Positions 21,845-30,568 of a stretch of 64,000 nt of DNA are shown in pieces. The stretch lies in NCBI GenBank assembly GCA_050916045.1, contig CP051526.1, forward strand, positions 3,680,001 through 3,744,000, given 5' to 3'. The stretch comes from Tepidisphaera sp. (GTDB lineage: Bacteria; Planctomycetota; Phycisphaerae; Phycisphaerales; UBA1924). The notes under the pieces are model-generated. The model saw nothing but the letters and a program-made list of their open reading frames with translations, was not told where the DNA came from and did not search any database. Each line of letters begins with the position of its first letter. The first letter of the stretch is position 1. Both the position numbers and the translations under genes were made by a program.

Positions 21845-23128
21845 TCAGGATGCGGCAAAGCCCGCCCAGGCTTCATCCTCGGAGATGGCTTGGAGGGGGG
21901 CGATCGCGCGGGAAGCCGGCGAGTCCGCGCGGCGGCGGTGGACCGCGGCTTGGATGCTGTCTTCGGGGTTGGGGCGGACGATCGGCGTGTCGGAGCCGAA
22001 GATCAGCGTGCGGCCGGGGACCAGGCCCGCTTGAACGAGGTCGCGGAGGGGAAGCACGCGGTGCAACCGGTCGGGGAGCGACCGCTCGAGGGCTTCGATG
22101 TCGTAAAGCAGGTGGCAGGGCTGGACGCTCGCGGTTAGGCCCATTTCCGCGAATCGAGGGACGTCGGCTTGATCGATGAGCTCGGCGTGCTCGATCCGGA
22201 AAGCTCGGCGAACATCGCGGGGGAGGGGCGGGAGGCTTTGAGCGGCGTCCAGACAGGCCCGGACGGCGCCGTCGCCGATCGCGTGGGCCGCGAAGCCGAC
22301 CTCCAGCGCCGTGCACGCACGCATCGCCGACGCGATCTGCTCGACCGACATCAACGCCGTTCCGCACGGGTGCTCAAGCATCGCATCCGCGTACGGCGCG
22401 AGCATCCACGCCGTGCGGGCGTTCAGCGTGCCGTCGACAAAGACCTTTCCGCCCAGAAGCTCAAGGCCGGGCCGGGACCACCCCTGCCGGCCGGCCGCGA
22501 CTGGTGCGAGATGCTCCACGAGCGGAAACAGACCCACGCGGATCGGAAGCTCGCCGGCATCGTGAAGCTCGGCGAGCATCGCGGGAAGCCACGGCTGGGT
22601 CAGCAGGTCGTGCACCTCGACAAACCCCATCGCGGCAAGGTCGCGGATCGCGGTCCGGACGTGCTGCTTGAGCTCCGCGGGGGGCGGTTCGGGAGAAGCT
22701 TCGCGGACGCGGCGGCAAGCGGCTTCGAGGCAGAGACCGGTCAGGCGACCGGTCTCGTCGCGGCCGAGGACGCCCCCCTGCGGATCGGAGCACCCCTCGA
22801 CGAACCCGGCAGCGGCCAGAGCGGCGGAATTGGCGACAAGGCTGTGATGGTCGAAGGACATAAGCCACGCGGGACGGGTGCCGGTGACGCGGTCGAGTTC
22901 CTCGCGGGTCGGCCACCGCGGGTCGGTCCAACTTTCGATGCGGAGCTGGACGCCCATGAGCCAGTCGCGGGCGCCGGAGGCTTGCAGGCGAGCGGCTTCG
23001 GAAGCGACCTTCGCCAGGCAGTCCTTGACGCTCATGCAGTCGCCAAGCCGGAGCATGCCAAGAGCACGGCCGTGCCACGCGAGGTGGACGTGAGCTTCGC
23101 GAAGACGAGCGGGACGCGGGATCGTCAT
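21845..23128 (-). CDS. Amidohydrolase-3 family (YtcJ-like) protein
   Basis: Motifs EAHVH, DHHS, KVFVDGTL, HAIGDGA, IEHAE, SVQPCH, FGSDTP. Confidence 0.88.
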   Translation of the reverse strand: MTIPRPARLREAHVHLAWHGRALGMLRLGDCMSVKDCLAKVASEAARLQASGARDWLMGVQLRIESWTDPRWPTREELDRVTGTRPAWLMSFDHHSLVANSAALAAAGFVEGCSDPQGGVLGRDETGRLTGLCLEAACRRVREASPEPPPAELKQHVRTAIRDLAAMGFVEVHDLLTQPWLPAMLAELHDAGELPIRVGLFPLVEHLAPVAAGRQGWSRPGLELLGGKVFVDGTLNARTAWMLAPYADAMLEHPCGTALMSVEQIASAMRACTALEVGFAAHAIGDGAVRACLDAAQSLPPLPRDVRRAFRIEHAELIDQADVPRFAEMGLTASVQPCHLLYDIEALERSLPDRLHRVLPLRDLVQAGLVPGRTLIFGSDTPIVRPNPEDSIQAAVHRRRADSPASRAIAPLQAISEDEAWAGFAAS

Positions 23129-23724
23129 GACGCCCCCTTGCGGAGAAGGGCTTCCACGCGCTCCGCGGTCTCATCGCTGGTGGTCGCGGGCGTCTCGAAC
23201 GGCAGGCGTTCAACGCCGCGCGGCGTCCGAATGTCGACGCCGAGCTCATCGACGCCCACCGTCCGCGACCCGGCGGGGAAGCCGAGCTGGACCAAAGCCG
23301 AAGCGTTCAGCTTGCGAACCAGGGCGACCTCGCCGCGACCGAGTTTGCTGATCGCGCGGGCTTCGGGTCCGTCGAAGACTTCGACGCCAAGCCGCGCCCA
23401 GGAAGTGAACAGGCGGTAGAAGAACTGCTCGGGAGTACCGTGGTACCCGATCCAGCGGTCGCAGGCCGGGTCCTTGGTCGGGCCGAGGACGATCGGCGTC
23501 GCCGCGATGCGGAGGGCGGTGTCGGCTTCCTCGGGGATGCAGAGCACCCACTCGGCCCCATCGACGTTCTCGGGCCCGAGGGAGATCACAGGCTCACCCG
23601 TGACCGGGTCGATGACGTACCGGATCTGGGTTGCTCCCCCGTCGGAAAGCAGCATGCCCGTGGTGTACGCCCGCAGAACTTGCGCCGGGGGGAGCGGGCT
23701 TGCGGGCATGGAATCAGGGGTCAT
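23125..23724 (-). CDS. Hypothetical protein, HugZ/DUF2470-like split-barrel (tentative)
   Basis: C-terminal TVGVDELGVDIRT...ERLPF resembles DUF2470. Its stop overlaps the amidohydrolase start. Start trimmed to MTPDSM. Confidence 0.55.
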   Translation of the reverse strand: MTPDSMPASPLPPAQVLRAYTTGMLLSDGGATQIRYVIDPVTGEPVISLGPENVDGAEWVLCIPEEADTALRIAATPIVLGPTKDPACDRWIGYHGTPEQFFYRLFTSWARLGVEVFDGPEARAISKLGRGEVALVRKLNASALVQLGFPAGSRTVGVDELGVDIRTPRGVERLPFETPATTSDETAERVEALLRKGAS

Positions 23725-23802
23725 CGCGGGAATCGTGCGCGCGCTGAGGGCCGGAAGCAAGAAGCCGCGACGGATTCCCAACAACGGCGCATCCAGACTG
23801 CC

Positions 23803-24153
23803 ATGCCACTCCGCCGCTTCATCCCCGCTCTCACCACCCTCGGCGTCGTCGCCGGGCTGGCCGCGGCGCGGATGGTGGTCGAGGTCCTTCCGATGAACCG
23901 GACGGTCGCCGCGGTCGCGGAGTGGATTCACGGCCCCCAGCGGGTGGAGGAACCCCCTCGCCCAAAGATCGCCAAGCCGGTCGCAGATCCCAAGCCGCCC
24001 TTGGCCAAGGTTCCGCAGGTGATCGAGATTGAAATCCTGGGCGGGACGACGTGCGACGAAGCCGAGCTTTCCCCCACGGATCGGCCGAGCTATGAGCCCT
24101 TGCCGACCGTGACCAACAGCCTGATGGCGTCTCACCTGCGGGGCGGGGCGTAG
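23803..24153 (+). CDS. Small hypothetical membrane-anchored protein
   Basis: MPLRRFIPALTTLGVVAGLAAA gives a signal/TM segment followed by a Pro-rich linker; fills the gap upstream of trpE. Confidence 0.5.
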   Translation: MPLRRFIPALTTLGVVAGLAAARMVVEVLPMNRTVAAVAEWIHGPQRVEEPPRPKIAKPVADPKPPLAKVPQVIEIEILGGTTCDEAELSPTDRPSYEPLPTVTNSLMASHLRGGA

Positions 24154-24179
24154 CCGGTCGGCCGGTTACGATCCCCGCG

Positions 24180-25811
24180 ATGACACTCCTTTCGCGCGAC
24201 GCCTTCATCAAGCTGATCCACGAGAGCCGCGGCCCGGGCGAGCAAGCGACGCTCGCCGTCCCCCTCGCGGTCCGACTCCTTGCCGACCAGCTCACGCCCG
24301 TGCTCGCGTACCGGCGGCTCGTCGCTCCGGATGAGCGGACCGCGCCGTCGTTCCTGCTCGAATCCGTCGAGGGGGGCGAGCGTCAGGGTCGGTTTTCGAT
24401 CCTGGGAAGCCGGCCGGCGCTCGAGGTCATCACGCACACCGTGGATGATGCGGCGGACCATGTGGAGATCATCGACCATCGGCTGAGCGCCGAGCTTGCA
24501 GAGAGCATGAGCGACGAAGCGGAGGAGGACAATCCGCTTTTCGTCCCGCGCGCGATCTCCAAGCGATTCAAGCTCGTGATGCCGCCGTCGTCGGGACCGC
24601 GGAACTCGCTTCCCAAAGCGTTTCTGGGCGGGTGGGTCGGATACGCCGCGTACGACACGGTGCGGTACGGTGAGCCGGACAAGCTGGCTTTCGGGAACGC
24701 ACCGCCGGACGATCGCGGCCTTCCGACCGTGCACTTTGCGTTCTACGACGGCGTGGTGGTGTTCGATCACGTCGACAAGCTGGTCTACGTCGTTGAGCTC
24801 GCGATGGTGAGGCCGGGCCAAGACCCGGGCGGGGCGTACGACCTCGCGATCGCGAACCTCGAGGAGCGGGTGGAGGAGATCCAGCGGCACGTCAAGCCGC
24901 TCGCGTCGGGGCGGGTCGGCGAGGACAGGCCCCCCACCGCGATGTCGAGCAACATTACCCGTGAGCAGCACGCGAGCATGGTGGACCGGGCGAAGGAGTA
25001 CATCCGCGCCGGCGACATCTTCCAGGTGGTGATCGGGCAGCGCTTCGAGCGGCAGAGCGCGGTGGACCCGTTTGATGTCTACCGGTCGCTCCGCGCGGTC
25101 AACCCCTCGCCGTACATGGGGTACCTGCAGTGCCGCGGCTGCATCCTCGTCGCGAGCTCGCCGGAAATTCTGTGCCGCGTGCGGGCCAAGGACGGCGGCA
25201 AGTTCGAGGTGACCAACAGGCCGCTGGCAGGGACGCGGCGGCGCGGGGCGACGCCGGAAGAAGATCGACGGCTCGAACGAGAGCTTTTGGCCGACCAGAA
25301 GGAACGGGCCGAGCACATCATGCTGGTGGATCTTGGACGCAACGATGTGGGCATCGTCGCCAAGCCCGGGACGATCGAGCTTGCGAAGGTTATGGAAGTC
25401 GAGCGGTACAGCCACGTGATGCACATCAGCAGCACGGTGACGGGCGAGCTTCGCGAGGGGCTTGATTGCTGGGATGCGCTCCGGGCTGCGCTGCCGGTAG
25501 GAACGATCTCGGGTGCGCCCAAGGTTCGGGCGATGCAGATCATCGATGAGCTTGAGACGCTCCGGCGCGGGCCGTACGGAGGCGGGTTCGGGATCGTCGG
25601 GCTTGACGGACAGATGGACATCGCGCTGGCGCTGCGGACGATCGTCGTGCCCACTGACCGGTTCGACGGGACGCGGTGGACGTATCACCTTCAGGCCGCG
25701 GGGGGCATTGTCGCCGACAGCGACCCCGGTGATGAGTACATGGAGACGGTGAACAAAGCCGCGGCGCTGTCACGGGCGATCGACGTCGCGGAGCAGGCCT
25801 TCGGCGCGTAA
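24180..25811 (+). CDS. trpE: Anthranilate synthase component I
   Basis: FLLESVEGG (Trp feedback motif LLES), GDIFQVV, NPSPYM, SSPEIL, PLAGTRRRG, KERAEHIMLVDLGRND, SGAPKVRAM. Confidence 0.93.
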   Translation: MTLLSRDAFIKLIHESRGPGEQATLAVPLAVRLLADQLTPVLAYRRLVAPDERTAPSFLLESVEGGERQGRFSILGSRPALEVITHTVDDAADHVEIIDHRLSAELAESMSDEAEEDNPLFVPRAISKRFKLVMPPSSGPRNSLPKAFLGGWVGYAAYDTVRYGEPDKLAFGNAPPDDRGLPTVHFAFYDGVVVFDHVDKLVYVVELAMVRPGQDPGGAYDLAIANLEERVEEIQRHVKPLASGRVGEDRPPTAMSSNITREQHASMVDRAKEYIRAGDIFQVVIGQRFERQSAVDPFDVYRSLRAVNPSPYMGYLQCRGCILVASSPEILCRVRAKDGGKFEVTNRPLAGTRRRGATPEEDRRLERELLADQKERAEHIMLVDLGRNDVGIVAKPGTIELAKVMEVERYSHVMHISSTVTGELREGLDCWDALRAALPVGTISGAPKVRAMQIIDELETLRRGPYGGGFGIVGLDGQMDIALALRTIVVPTDRFDGTRWTYHLQAAGGIVADSDPGDEYMETVNKAAALSRAIDVAEQAFGA

Positions 25812-25812
25812 A

Positions 25813-25842
25813 GAAGCCCACGGGTTCAAACCCGTGGGCTTC
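25813..25842. terminator. Perfect hairpin between convergent genes (bidirectional terminator or REP-like palindrome)
   Basis: GAAGCCCACGGGT-TCAA-ACCCGTGGGCTTC, a 13-bp stem with no long U tract. Confidence 0.65.
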
Positions 25843-25872
25843 AGGACAGTCGGTGTTCAGTCGCGGGGTCGA

Positions 25873-28182
25873 TCAGCAGCCGATCTCGAAGGCGAGGACG
25901 AAGTCGTCGTAGTCGAAGAAGTCGGTGAAGCCGTCGCCGTTGAAGTCCGCGTTGCCCACGCCGGTCTCGAAGGCGAGGACGAAATCGTCGTAGTCGAAGA
26001 AGTCGAGGAACCCGTCCTGGTTGAAGTCGGCGTTGCAGAGGGGGGCGGCGGCGTCGATGTCGGTGACAACGATCTCGGAGATGTCACGGGCGGCGACGGT
26101 CATGCTCGAAGCGTCGTCGAAGGGGAGGAGGGGGTTGATCGGGGTGAAGGCGACGCTGTCGACGGGGATGGGGTCGTTGCCGCCCCAGCCGATCTTGAAG
26201 CACCCGCGCACGCCCCAGTAGGTGCGGACGGACTGCTGAATCGGCCAGGGATTCCAGTAGAGTTCGGTGACCCAGCCCCAGACGATCTGGCTGCCGGGGC
26301 CGCAGATGATGTGGGCTTGGATCTCGACCTCGCCGAGGTTGGGAAGGACTGTCTCCCCGACGATCGAGCCGTTGCGGTAGGCAGTCACACGGTACTCGGA
26401 AGCTTCGACACCCGAGAAGTCGCAGGAGACTGTCGCCGAGCCGTTGCCGTTGCCACGGACGCGTTGCTTGATGAGGGTCACGTGCCCGACGTAGTTCTTG
26501 CGAAGGGACATCTCGGCCTCGCCGGTGGTGTCGAGGATGTCGCCGAGGGTCACGCTTCCTGCGGCGGGCGGGCGAGCGGCCGGCCACTTGACCTCGACGC
26601 CGTCCTGACCCGAAGAGCCGATGTTGGTGGCGACGATTTTGCGGCCCTGCTCATCGTCGCACTGCGAGCCGTCGTCGCAGCGTTCGGTCACCAGGACGTC
26701 ACCCATGCCGGAGCATTCGGTGCCATGAAACCCGGCAGCGATCCTGGAGACTTCGATCGCGGGGAGTGTGTCGGAAGAGACTTCGAGAGCGGCAAGCCCG
26801 TTGTCGATGACCGCGTTCTGATCGCAGATCCCGTAGGTGGTGATGGTGTTGGCGGTGCGGTTGTAGGGGAAGGTCTCCCCGGGGCACCCGAACACCCAGA
26901 CTTGCTCAAAGGCGATCCAGTCGTAGTTCTTGTAGATCGGGGGGTTGTGGAGGATCGTGATGTACTGCCACTGGGGCAGTGCGCCGCCCGGACACGGGCC
27001 TGAGACGACCACGCCGGGGCCGTTGGTGATGATGTGGCCGAGCGGGCCGGGGTCGGTCTCGTCGTGGACGACGACGCCCCCTCCGTCGACCGCGACGGTG
27101 CGAACAGCGGTGATGGGAAGCCCGGAAAGGTCGGTGTCGAGCTCAACACCACCCGCGGAGTTCGTGCTCAGCGAGCTGCGGTGGTAGATGAGGCCGTCCC
27201 ACCCCTTGTGCTTGATCTTGATCTCGCCGCTGGTGGCGGAAAGGTCGCCGGGGTGGATGGTGACGCCGCCGCCGCTGGCGGAGTCCATCTCGATCTCGCC
27301 GCCGCACCCTGGGGTGCCGGGGTTCCCCGCGAGGCGGATGCGGGGACCGCCGCCGAAGCCGCCCCCGAAGGCGATGTCGGAGCTGCTGCCTGCGGAAGGC
27401 TTGATCATGAACCCGTCGAGGACGTGGCCGGCTTCGAGAGGCGTGACTTCGGCGTAGGTGGAGCCGATTCGGATTTCGTCGATGGAGTTGGAAACGGGGC
27501 CGCCGGTGCTGCCGGTTTCGATCAAGACCTTGCGGAGGTCGGCGAAGTTGCCGTAGGCGGGGAGGTGGAGCCCCGCGTCAGCGAGGGCGGGTTCGGCGTT
27601 GAGGGCGGGGTCGGTCCAGACCGTGACGTCGTCTCGGCCGGCACGGAAGTCAACGCGAGCGACGCAGCGGATCTTCTGGACGGCGGGGAGGAGCAGACGC
27701 TGGACGCCGCCGGTGGTGCCGTTGTCAATGCCCCAGTTGGATTCGCCGAAGGGCTTGCCGATGAAGAGGAAGGGATCCGCTCCCGGTGCTGTACATGGCA
27801 ACTTGACACCGAGCCACGAGGACGAGGTGGGGCCCGTGTGACGGGCGACGAAGGAGATCCAGACGGAGGTGCCCGGGGTGCCGGCGATCGGGGTCGTAAG
27901 CGACCGCTGGAGGCCGCCAGAGGACGAGCGGGCCGAACCGGTCTGGCCCTGCATGAGCTGCCACACCCGGATCGAGGTCATGCTGCTGGAGGACGCGGCC
28001 CACGAGCCGTACCCGGCGGACTGCCAGGGGGTCGAGAAGCCGGTCCCGCCCGACTGTCCCACCACGGACGCACCCGCCGGGTAGTTGAAGCCTTCGTAGG
28101 CCCCGGTCTGGGCGTTGGCGGTGCCGGCGAGGGTGGCGAGGGCGAGGGCGAGGAGGGACGCGTTACGGATGCTGGTGTTCAT
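25873..28182 (-). CDS. Secreted protein with C-terminal GC-type dockerin-like domain
   Basis: Signal peptide ending ANA-Q; C-terminal CNADFNQDGFLDFFDYDDFVLAFETG...ADFNGDGFTDFFDYDDFVLAFEIGC (duplicated Ca-binding loop, ends in GC). Confidence 0.88.
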   Translation of the reverse strand: MNTSIRNASLLALALATLAGTANAQTGAYEGFNYPAGASVVGQSGGTGFSTPWQSAGYGSWAASSSSMTSIRVWQLMQGQTGSARSSSGGLQRSLTTPIAGTPGTSVWISFVARHTGPTSSSWLGVKLPCTAPGADPFLFIGKPFGESNWGIDNGTTGGVQRLLLPAVQKIRCVARVDFRAGRDDVTVWTDPALNAEPALADAGLHLPAYGNFADLRKVLIETGSTGGPVSNSIDEIRIGSTYAEVTPLEAGHVLDGFMIKPSAGSSSDIAFGGGFGGGPRIRLAGNPGTPGCGGEIEMDSASGGGVTIHPGDLSATSGEIKIKHKGWDGLIYHRSSLSTNSAGGVELDTDLSGLPITAVRTVAVDGGGVVVHDETDPGPLGHIITNGPGVVVSGPCPGGALPQWQYITILHNPPIYKNYDWIAFEQVWVFGCPGETFPYNRTANTITTYGICDQNAVIDNGLAALEVSSDTLPAIEVSRIAAGFHGTECSGMGDVLVTERCDDGSQCDDEQGRKIVATNIGSSGQDGVEVKWPAARPPAAGSVTLGDILDTTGEAEMSLRKNYVGHVTLIKQRVRGNGNGSATVSCDFSGVEASEYRVTAYRNGSIVGETVLPNLGEVEIQAHIICGPGSQIVWGWVTELYWNPWPIQQSVRTYWGVRGCFKIGWGGNDPIPVDSVAFTPINPLLPFDDASSMTVAARDISEIVVTDIDAAAPLCNADFNQDGFLDFFDYDDFVLAFETGVGNADFNGDGFTDFFDYDDFVLAFEIGC

Positions 28183-28344
28183 GGCCTTTTTTCCTTGGTT
28201 CGAGGTGCTTGGTTGGGTCCGGGCAACGGTCCCGGCAACATTTAGGAACGCAGGAAATCACAACCACTCACACACAATGAGTCGGATTATGACAAAACCT
28301 CGGAAATCCCCCAAAGCGTCCTCGAACAGGGGTCCGGTAATCTC

Positions 28345-28899
28345 TCAGGGCTGGCTGGCCAGAGCTGCGGGAACGACCGCCCGGAGGCGTGCGGCCATGG
28401 CCGGGAGCGAGGCGGGGATCACCCGGACCTGCCCCACCGCTTCCATGAAGTTCACATCGCCCGACCATCGCGGGACGAGGTGGACGTGCAGGTGCTGGGG
28501 GACGCCGGCGCCGGCGGCGCGACCCTGGTTGATGCCGATGTTGATGCCTTGGGGTGACAGCGCGCGCTCGAGGATGTCGGCTGCGAGGTCGACGAGCGAC
28601 CAGAGCGCCGCCCGCTGGAGCGGGGCGTAGTCCAGGAGGCGGGGGCGCGGCTCGCCGAGGGCGACGAGCAGATGACCACCGGTGTACGGGAACTTGTTGA
28701 GGAGGATCAGGCCCTGCTCGCCGCGATGAACGACGTTGTTGCGTTCGTCGAGCTGGGGCGCGAGCCAGTCGTCGAGCAGGAAGGATCCGCTTCCGGCCTG
28801 CTTGGGCGGGGCGGCGTCGACCTTCTCCACGTACTCCTGCCGCCAGGGCGCGAAGAGCGCTTCGGGGCCCATGGAGTGTTCCTCGGGTGGGCTATGCAT
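28345..28899 (-). CDS. HIT-family hydrolase (Ap4A phosphorylase/hydrolase-like)
   Basis: Motifs LFAPWR, LNKFPYTGGH, GINQGRAAGAG, HLHVHLVPRW. Start supported by TATTCT 5 nt upstream. Confidence 0.88.
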   Translation of the reverse strand: MHSPPEEHSMGPEALFAPWRQEYVEKVDAAPPKQAGSGSFLLDDWLAPQLDERNNVVHRGEQGLILLNKFPYTGGHLLVALGEPRPRLLDYAPLQRAALWSLVDLAADILERALSPQGINIGINQGRAAGAGVPQHLHVHLVPRWSGDVNFMEAVGQVRVIPASLPAMAARLRAVVPAALASQP

Positions 28900-28963
28900 G
28901 AAGTAGAATAGCGGCGTGCACGGGCGGGCTGCTCCGCCGGCGGATGGCGTGGGAGGACGGCGA

Positions 28964-30505
28964 ATGGATCCAAAGCGACTGCGAGCGACGTTCGAAGCCC
29001 GGCACTCGTGCGTCCGCATTGTGACGCAGGAGGAAGCCGAGATCGTGGATGTGGCTTTGGAAGCCGCGAGGCAGATGAGGCTGGACGCGATCGTGTGGTC
29101 GGTGACCGAGGGCGTGCACCGGCGGTCGCTCCTGCGGGAGGAATCGGCGCCGAGCACGAGCAATCCGGCGCAGGGCCTGCGGTGGCTTGCGCAGAACATC
29201 AAGGTCCCGACAATGATCATCGTGCTGGACGCGGCGGACCAGCTTCAGGACACGGTCAACCTCCGGGCGTTTCGGGACCTGATGGAGGGCGTGCGAGCGG
29301 GGTCGATCGGTGCGGGGATGGTGCAGGGGCCTGCGGGTGGCGAAGGGCAGATGCTCCGGTCGGTGATCCTGATGATCGATCACAACGACCGCGTGCCTCC
29401 GGTGATCGGTGCGGCGAGCGCGCGGTACGAGATCCAGCCGCCGGATGACGCGGAAATCGGCGACATCGTCAAGCGGACGCTTCAGTCGGTGAACCGCGCC
29501 CGGTCGGTGAAGAACGAGATCACGCAGGAGAGCAAGTTTCGTGACGCGCTGGTGGCCAATCTTCGCGGGCTCACGCGCCGGCAGGTTCGTCAGATCGTGG
29601 CGGAGATCGCTTCGGACGGGCGGCTGACGGACTGCGACCTCGATCAGGTGCAGCGGAGCAAGCGGGCGCTGCTCGAGAGCGCGGGGGTGCTGGAGTTCAT
29701 CGAAGCCCCGACGACGCTTGACGACATCGGCGGGCTTTCGCGTCTGAAGGACTGGCTCAGCGCACGGGCGCGAAGCTTTGAGAAGAGCGCGGAGTCTTTC
29801 GGGCTCCTTCCGCCGCGCGGGGTGCTTTTGCTGGGGGTGCAGGGCGCGGGGAAGAGTCTGGCGGCCAAAGCGATCGCGACGGCGTGGCGGAGGCCGCTGA
29901 TGAGGCTTGACGCGGGGTCGCTTTTCAACAAGTACATCGGCGAGACGGAGCGGAACCTGCGGGACGCACTCGCGCAGGCGGAAGCGATGAGCCCGGTGAT
30001 CCTGTGGATCGACGAGATCGAGAAGGGTTTCTCGTCGATGGGAAGCGGGGAGGACGGGGGCGTCTCGCGGCGCATGTTCGGCACGCTTCTCACGTGGATG
30101 CAGGAGCACAAGACGCCGGTGTTTCTGGTGGCGACGGCCAACGACATCGAGCAGCTTCCGCCCGAGCTGATGCGCAAGGGCCGGTTTGATGAGATCTTTT
30201 TCGCCGACCTGCCGACCGCGCAGGTGCGCGAGACGATCTTCCGGATCCACCTCCGAAAGCGCAAGCAGGACCCCGGCCAGTTCGACCTTGCCGCGCTCGC
30301 GGAAGCCGCCGACGGGTTCAGCGGCGCGGAGATCGAGCAAGCCGTCCTCAGCGCACTGCACCGGGCGTACAGCGCCGGGCGATCGCTGACCCAGGCGGAC
30401 GTTGTGGAAGCCGTGCGCGGATCCCCGCCGCTTTCGGTGACGCGTCAGGAGGCAATCGAGGAGCTTCGCGCGTGGGCCAGGGGTCGGTGCGTGCCGGCGG
30501 ACTGA
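28964..30505 (+). CDS. AAA ATPase, Ycf46-like
   Basis: DIGGLSRLKDWL, Walker A GVQGAGKS, Walker B LWIDEIEK, ATAND..LPPELMRKGRFDE; GGAGG before the start. Confidence 0.88.
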   Translation: MDPKRLRATFEARHSCVRIVTQEEAEIVDVALEAARQMRLDAIVWSVTEGVHRRSLLREESAPSTSNPAQGLRWLAQNIKVPTMIIVLDAADQLQDTVNLRAFRDLMEGVRAGSIGAGMVQGPAGGEGQMLRSVILMIDHNDRVPPVIGAASARYEIQPPDDAEIGDIVKRTLQSVNRARSVKNEITQESKFRDALVANLRGLTRRQVRQIVAEIASDGRLTDCDLDQVQRSKRALLESAGVLEFIEAPTTLDDIGGLSRLKDWLSARARSFEKSAESFGLLPPRGVLLLGVQGAGKSLAAKAIATAWRRPLMRLDAGSLFNKYIGETERNLRDALAQAEAMSPVILWIDEIEKGFSSMGSGEDGGVSRRMFGTLLTWMQEHKTPVFLVATANDIEQLPPELMRKGRFDEIFFADLPTAQVRETIFRIHLRKRKQDPGQFDLAALAEAADGFSGAEIEQAVLSALHRAYSAGRSLTQADVVEAVRGSPPLSVTRQEAIEELRAWARGRCVPAD

Positions 30506-30568
30506 CGGAGCAACCGCGGGCTTGGTTTTGGTGTAAACTACGCTCCCATCAACCCTTGAGGAGTTCGC

